From: the human T2T-CHM13v2.0 reference genome, Homo sapiens
Length of the DNA: 64,000 nt
NCBI RefSeq assembly: GCF_009914755.1
Contig: NC_060927.1
Reading direction: 5' to 3' (one strand)
Positions 57,561-64,000 of this stretch are shown piece by piece. Within the stretch, counting starts at the first letter, position 1, and each line of letters opens with the position of its first letter. Under the pieces are notes generated by a model. That model saw only the letters and a list, made by a program, of their open reading frames with translations, made no database searches and had not been told where the DNA came from. Both the position numbers and the translations under genes were made by a program.

Positions 57561-60500
57561 AACTTTAACTTTACCAGGATTTCTCAAACAGTCTGGATCT
57601 TAATCCAGTTATTCCAGTTATACCAGTTACATACCTGCAGGTTTGGGCTTCCTTGTTTTTCTTTTTATTGTTGTCCTTGTTGTTTTCTTTTTAAAAATTC
57701 ATTGTGTTTCTTTTGCATTAACTGAAAAATATATTTTAAAAATTAGGAATAAGAAATTTAAAAAGAAAGCTGAATGTTTTATCTAATGTTTTAATATATT
57801 TCATATCCTCTTAACTTTTTTTCTCAGGTGACTCATTAAATATATGCTCTGTACTTTAAAGAATGAGCTGTGGAGGACACTCCACACTATCAGGTCTTGG
57901 TCAATTAGGGCTGCCTCTGGGAGCAGTTTGGAGTACAGGAGATCCTGCTATCTGCCAAGAAGTCTGTTATCAAAATAACTGTCCAAGGCTTTTCCAGGCC
58001 AAAAGGGAAAAATAGTCACTGAGGTTGGAGAAACAAAGTAGGCAAATAAGAGTTATTTTAAAAGTACTTGTCAAGCAGAAAACACAAAGTAGGAGAAGAT
58101 GGAGAGGAATGACGTAAGAGTCTAATAGGTGGGTGAGTGAGAGGTTAGAAAAAAAAATCCCATGGTCTTAGCACTTTTACTTTGATGTTTTTCATGTATT
58201 TAAATCAATAGAGAAATTGTCTTTTAAAACTATTAAACAGGTGCTGGAAGATTAACGCATTTAACAAACATTTACGTTGCCTACTTAGAAAAGTTCAAAC
58301 ATAAAATGTAAGTCATACACATGGGTAAATTCTAATGCGTACCCTTAGGAATTTCTTTTGTATTGTTTTATCTAAATATACAATCAAACAAATACCTATG
58401 AGTGAAAACATTTTGCTACAACTTCATTCTTAATACACAGGCAAATATCAAGTCTTTGTGTTTGATATACAGTGACAGTGATTGGGAAGAAAGCATAAAA
58501 CTTGAATTTACATTTGCTCTAAGGCTAACAGTGTAAAGCATGGTTTCTTTAGTGCTGGAATAATTGGCCACTTGAGAAAATTATTATTCTCTCACTCTTA
58601 CTCTGCGTAGAGCAAATGGTGGTTGAGATGTAGTTGGAGAAGTATTCTTTCCTCTTTTCAGCTGCTCTAGCCACATCGCCGCTCCTAGGTATGCTCAGGA
58701 TGCTCACAATCCAAGCATCCCTGTTCTGCTTGTTATCTCTTCTTCCCCCGCCATCTCATTACTTTTTTTCTCTTTTTCTTAAATGTAAGTTTTGCATAAA
58801 GAAAACCATTTTGGCCCTCTTGCTTTTCCATCTCACAACTGAAATTCAAAAGGACAGCTGATTGTTTAGGTGACTCATTGTACAGACAATGCAGCATTCA
58901 CGATTTTGCAGAGCCTAGAAAGGGAGAAATTGCAACGACAGTTTGTTTTTTTTGTTTTTGATTTTTTTTTTTTACCTCAAGCAAGCTGTTATATTTTAGA
59001 CTTCACTTATCATAAAAATAACTTAAATATTCACTTCGTATATTGCAATGCTGTATTTTTAAAATTAAAATAACCCTTACACTACTGAATAGACACCTAT
59101 ATGTAATGAATCCTCGTTTCCCCAATTATAAATTACTGATAGATATCACTTGAGTTTGATGGAGTTGCCTAAACACATATACTTTAATTTACATTTCAGC
59201 AGAGGTTCTTTTATCAAATAATCTGGGAGAGTTTCCTCTATTATAAGGCCATTCTGCTGATGTTGGAGAATCGAGTTACCACTTGTTGCCAGTATGTCTT
59301 TATTCCTGACCTCTGCAGTTGTATCTCAGAAAGAATTGTCCCACTCAATATCATCTGTTTGTACAAAACAGATCATTATCAAGAAATCATTCATAATTTG
59401 AAACAGAACATCCATAATTGTTGCTACAATGTTATGCATTTTGAGGAAAGTTTATTAATTTGCTTGAATTTATTCATTAATTGTTTTGCTTTTCCCTCTG
59501 AAATTATGACAGTGCTCGGATTTTTCATATTTCTCTTTCCATTTCTAATGGATGCTTGTCTAAAAGTAATTTACTCAAACATGAAAAAGGCCATATGTCA
59601 GTGAGCATGATTTTTTCCATGGTATTAGGGAAACTGGATAATGTTTAACTCAAAAAATCTAAGGCCAGGTCCTCATTATTTTATTTATATTTAAGTGCTC
59701 TTTTTCTCATTTGTGTGATTATGTTTACTTTTACTATTGATCTGCATATCTATAATACATTTCTGTAATTATTACAATTAGTTATTCTATGGACTAATAT
59801 TGAGGTTTTCTTCTTGCATTGATAAGGATAGTTGATAGCTACCATTTTGGAAATTTCCCAAGCTAAAATTATGTACATGCTGTATGGCATAGAAACTTGA
59901 AGATGCAAATGCTTACTTTTCAGGTTTTCAAGTGTCTAGAGAACTGTATTTTGAGAAATTTTTATTCTCTCCTAATGGGTAAAGAGATGGTGGCACCTTA
60001 TTCTCTTATGGGTCTTTATTAGTTAATATCAGTGTTCATAATATAAACATTCCCTTCTGCTTCAAATAATTTTCATGTAATATAGATCTGTTCTTAGTAG
60101 CACTAGGCTCTTAAAAAATTATAACCTTGAATTATCTGCTTTACAATACTTGTCAAAATTTGTACTATGTGCAATATAATTCTTAGAGAATTGCACAAAA
60201 CTATGCATTGCATTCATTTCTTTAGTTAAAACATGTTACCTTTGGTTCAAGCTAGATTAGCAGACTTGTGCCTATGAAAAAAATTACTTCAGTGTAATAT
60301 GTGCATTATTTGCTAAGTGTCAATCATCTCTTCTATAAAATGGGGATATTAATAACCATTTTACAGGGTTATTGTGATGATTGAGTGAAACAAATTATGT
60401 GAAATATTAAGTACACCCCTTACAGTTAGCTATATTTTTTTCAATACATGCTTACCAGGTATAAAAGTGATCAGTTCTGACAGACGATAGCAAGGAGTTG

Positions 60501-61127
60501 TCACAAAGGAGGTAACAACTAAATCAGAATATGAAGGGTGAGTAGGAATTTTTCAGAGAGCAAAAGGCGGTAAAGGCAATTCAGGAACAGTAGGTACAAA
60601 GGCAAAAGGGAGCTAGAGGCTAAAGAATGGACGGGGGCCTGGTATGAAGACACTTGTAGACAAAGCTGAGAAGTTTAGGTTTTATTCTGGAAATGAATGG
60701 TATTTGGTCTATTCGATTTTTTGTTTGCCTGTTTTAACTATTAACTTTAAAAATAAAATAACTTCTAAAAGTTAACTAAATCCTGATTGATGGGACTATG
60801 AAAACATTAATGCATAACAAGTTTTGTTTTAGGCATCAATTTAATTACTAAAAGTAGGTGCAAGCATATCAAAGATAATCAGAAGCAATCCGTTTTGCCA
60901 TATGGAATGCAAAAGATTTGAAGTGTGCATACTCCTGAATTTTGAGTAATATTTACTTTGAAAACTTAAGTTTCAGTTGCTCTTCTGTATATAAAATTAT
61001 TTAAACCCTCTAATAGCATTATTTAAGGGAGTCTCCTATAGGAAGGCAATAATCAGTTACTAATTTGTATGTTTTGAAAATGTGTATTTGACAATACTTT
61101 GAAAACAAAAAAAACTATATAAAAATA

Positions 61128-61640
61128 CAGTAGACCCTTGAACAACATGGGGGTTAGGGGCACCAATCCACTCCCCACTTGCTGTTGCAAACCTGCATCT
61201 AACTTTTGGCTCACCCCAAACTTAACTACTAATAGCCTACTGTTGAACAGAAAGTGTAATTAGAATATAAACAGTTGATTAATACATTTTATATGCTACA
61301 TATTATTTATTATATTATTACAATAAAGTAAGCAAGAGAAAATAAAATGTTACTAAGAAAATCGTAAAGGAAGATAAAATGTATTCACTATTTATTAAGT
61401 GAAAGTGGATCATGATGAAGGTCTTTGCCCTCATTGTCTTCAGGTTGAGTAAGCTGAGGAGGAGGAGAGAAAGAAGGGCTTGTTCTTTCTGTCTCAGGGG
61501 AGGCAGAGGCAGAAAAAGTGGAGGAGGTGAAAGGGGAGGCAGGAGAAGCAGGCACACTTGGTTTAACTTTTATTGAAAAAGATTCCTCAATGTAAGTAGA
61601 CCCATGCAGTTCAAAATGCATGTTGTTCAAGGGTCAACTG
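61128..61640. mobile_element. Tigger2a/2b-type non-autonomous DNA transposon
   Basis: TIRs cagtagacccttgaacaacatg / catgttgttcaagggtcaactg, flanked by TA. Confidence 0.9.
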
Positions 61641-62477
61641 TACATTTTCATATATATTTGTCAGATTTTCTATTTATAGGCTGAATATGATGTAATAGGG
61701 TTTTTAATAATCTAAACAGATAAATACTGGCTGTCATTCTACCACTAATGGACTGCATAACCTTAATGTAATTATTGTCCTTTTCTGAACCTCGTTTCTT
61801 CATCTGAATATACTGATATGGTTCCTTCCTGTGCTAAGATTGGAGCTCCAGTTTTGTGATTGCCATTCATTTCCAAATAGAAAAAATTTAATAAACAAAA
61901 CATATAGATAGAGAAAGAAGTGATTTAGAGAAAGAGAATATGAAATTCATTGATACGTATGTATCAATATCATATCAGTGAACATGATATTCACTGATAC
62001 GTAAAAGCATTTACCTAACCATCTTTAAATGGTTCAGTGTGTTCCTTTAATCTTGTCTTTAACCCAGATTAGCATAGAACTATTTTTCTCTCATTTGTAA
62101 ACTCAGAAATATGAATAAATTTGTTTTCTGTTAATAAACCATGCACTACATTCTTGGCAGTCATTAAATTAACAAAGGTAGTAACTTAAGAACTGATTAA
62201 ATATAGCTTAATATGCAATTGTCTTTCATGACTTGGTATCTTCAGATATTTCGGTGAAATTTTTATTATTCTTAAGATTTTAAAAAGTACCTCTGCAAAC
62301 TATGATTAGTTATTGACTTAATTGGTGAGCAGTCACTTTTCAGCCCATATGAAAAATCCCCCTGTTTGTTTATGGGTTTAACATATTTTTATGATTATAA
62401 ACGTGAAACATAAATCTGTACTGGTTGATGCGACAACTGAAATATGGCCCTTCAGCTTGTTCTTCTTCTGTGTCAGA

Positions 62478-62712
62478 CTTTATTTAAGCATGTTCTGCAG
62501 AATGCTAGTATTCCTCTAGATGATCCTTGGAAAATAAGATTCTATGAACAAATTTTTGGGAAATGTTGGATTCAACAAAGTGAAGCAAATAGTGTTAATT
62601 TTGTTTCCACATCAGTCCACCAAAAGAGTCTTATTTGAGCAACAAACTGATTTTTGTGTGATATTTCATGGGACTAGAAGGATTGCATAGGACATATTTT
62701 GGGAAACACAGT
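62478..62712. mobile_element. MER103-like hAT-Charlie MITE
   Basis: tttgggaaatgttggattcaacaaagt...gggactag...atattttgggaaacac; degenerate inverted ends. Confidence 0.55.
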
Positions 62713-64000
62713 TATGTTTAAAAACAATTTACATTAAAAACTTAAATGAAATAAAACAAACAAAAATCATAGCACACCTGGCCTCTGCTACTCCGAGAGG
62801 AAGATTGGGACCTACCGGGACAGATGTTTTTCTGGTAAGGGAGAGTCTACCTTGCTATAAGTATCTCGTAAGTTTTACTGGTAGAGCACTGTTCCTTTAT
62901 TCTTTAAAGTTATAAAGTAGAAATTCAAATTGAAGCAAAAGAAAAGTGTTTTCTAGTTAAAAAAAAAAAGCTAGTGGAAAATAAAATTGTAGCATAACTA
63001 ATAGAAATTAAGTTGTAGTTTTTAGGTAGTTTATTATATGATGGACTTGAAAAACAGCTAGTTTCAAATCAGAATAATTGCCTTTTTCTTATGAAGTTAG
63101 TCTGGAGGGTGAAGACTGGAGATTGCTTTCTTTCTGTGTGAATTAGTTGTTTCTTTTAAAGAAACAAAATCAACATAAGGAAATACCTGGGAGTTTTCAA
63201 TACAGATGTCTCCAAAAGTATTATTGCTGCCATGTTATTTTTTCAATGTGTCACATAATGTTTATATAATTTATAAATGATAACAAAGCAATCAGGCCAC
63301 ATTCATAAAAGCCCAGTGACACATCATTTAGTTGAATCTGAGGATTAGAATTAATTGTCTCTCTTTGTTCCAAGTTCTAAATCTTAGTAAATGATTCACT
63401 GTATGTCATTACAGCTTAATATTTGCATGAAATCACAGTTTAGCTGGCATAATTTAACAGCAATTAAAAAGCTATTTAATCATCATGCAAATTGGTATGA
63501 GGGCCCTTGAGTAAGAAGGGTGTCAGCCTTCTTGTTTTTTTTTTTTTTTGTTTTTTTTTTTAGTATCTGCAGGCGGACAGTTATATACTTATAGACACCC
63601 ATAACATAATTGATAATATTCTTCCTAGAATGAAAATATAAGTGAATAATAATTCCTGCTTTCCATTATAAATAAGAGAAAAGACCAACCATATGAATAT
63701 GTCATTCTGTCGGAAAACATTATTATGATAATGACAATGAATCTTTATCTCCTAGACTAAGTCTAGGTTGGAGGTAAAAAGCTACGTTTATCCCTGTTCT
63801 CTAGTGTATCATCCCCTTCATGTTTGCCTTCCTGAAGGTAGACGTTTCTGTAAACCCTATGGAATATGAAATGGCATAAAGCAAGGCACCCAGCAACCTT
63901 TTAGAAAAAATGATTCATTGCATTTCTAGGTGATGTACCTATAGGTAGCTGAGGTCCCTTCCTGTTGTACATAGAAAACTATCCATACTCATTCCAATGA

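Overview
AT-rich, repeat-dense primate (most likely human) genomic DNA lying inside a large + strand gene. The only convincing host coding sequence is one 156-bp phase 1-1 exon (48043-48198) encoding the Cys-rich/EGF-like segment of an EphA receptor, recognisable as EPHA6 (exon 4 equivalent). Everything else is intron: an ancient near-full-length antisense L1MA, a second L1MA-type 5' end, 5'-truncated L1PA/L1PB copies, a complete two-LTR THE1D-type MaLR provirus, several solo LTRs (MSTA, THE1, MLT1, MER4, MER34/39-like, MER50, LTR16), about 12 Alus, DNA-transposon fossils (MER5, MER8, MER33, MER58, Tigger2), MIR/L2 debris and microsatellites. Subfamily names come from recalled consensus sequences and need RepeatMasker/Dfam confirmation. 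I see no supportable new gene or new biological system. The best leads are local DNA-repair/template-switch scars (a 26-bp filler copied from 2.9 kb away, a ~300-bp non-tandem duplication, a forward-inverted-inverted-forward micro-rearrangement), an L1 insertion with apparent target-site deletion, an in-frame Alu cassette-exon candidate, and a Sox/octamer-rich candidate enhancer.
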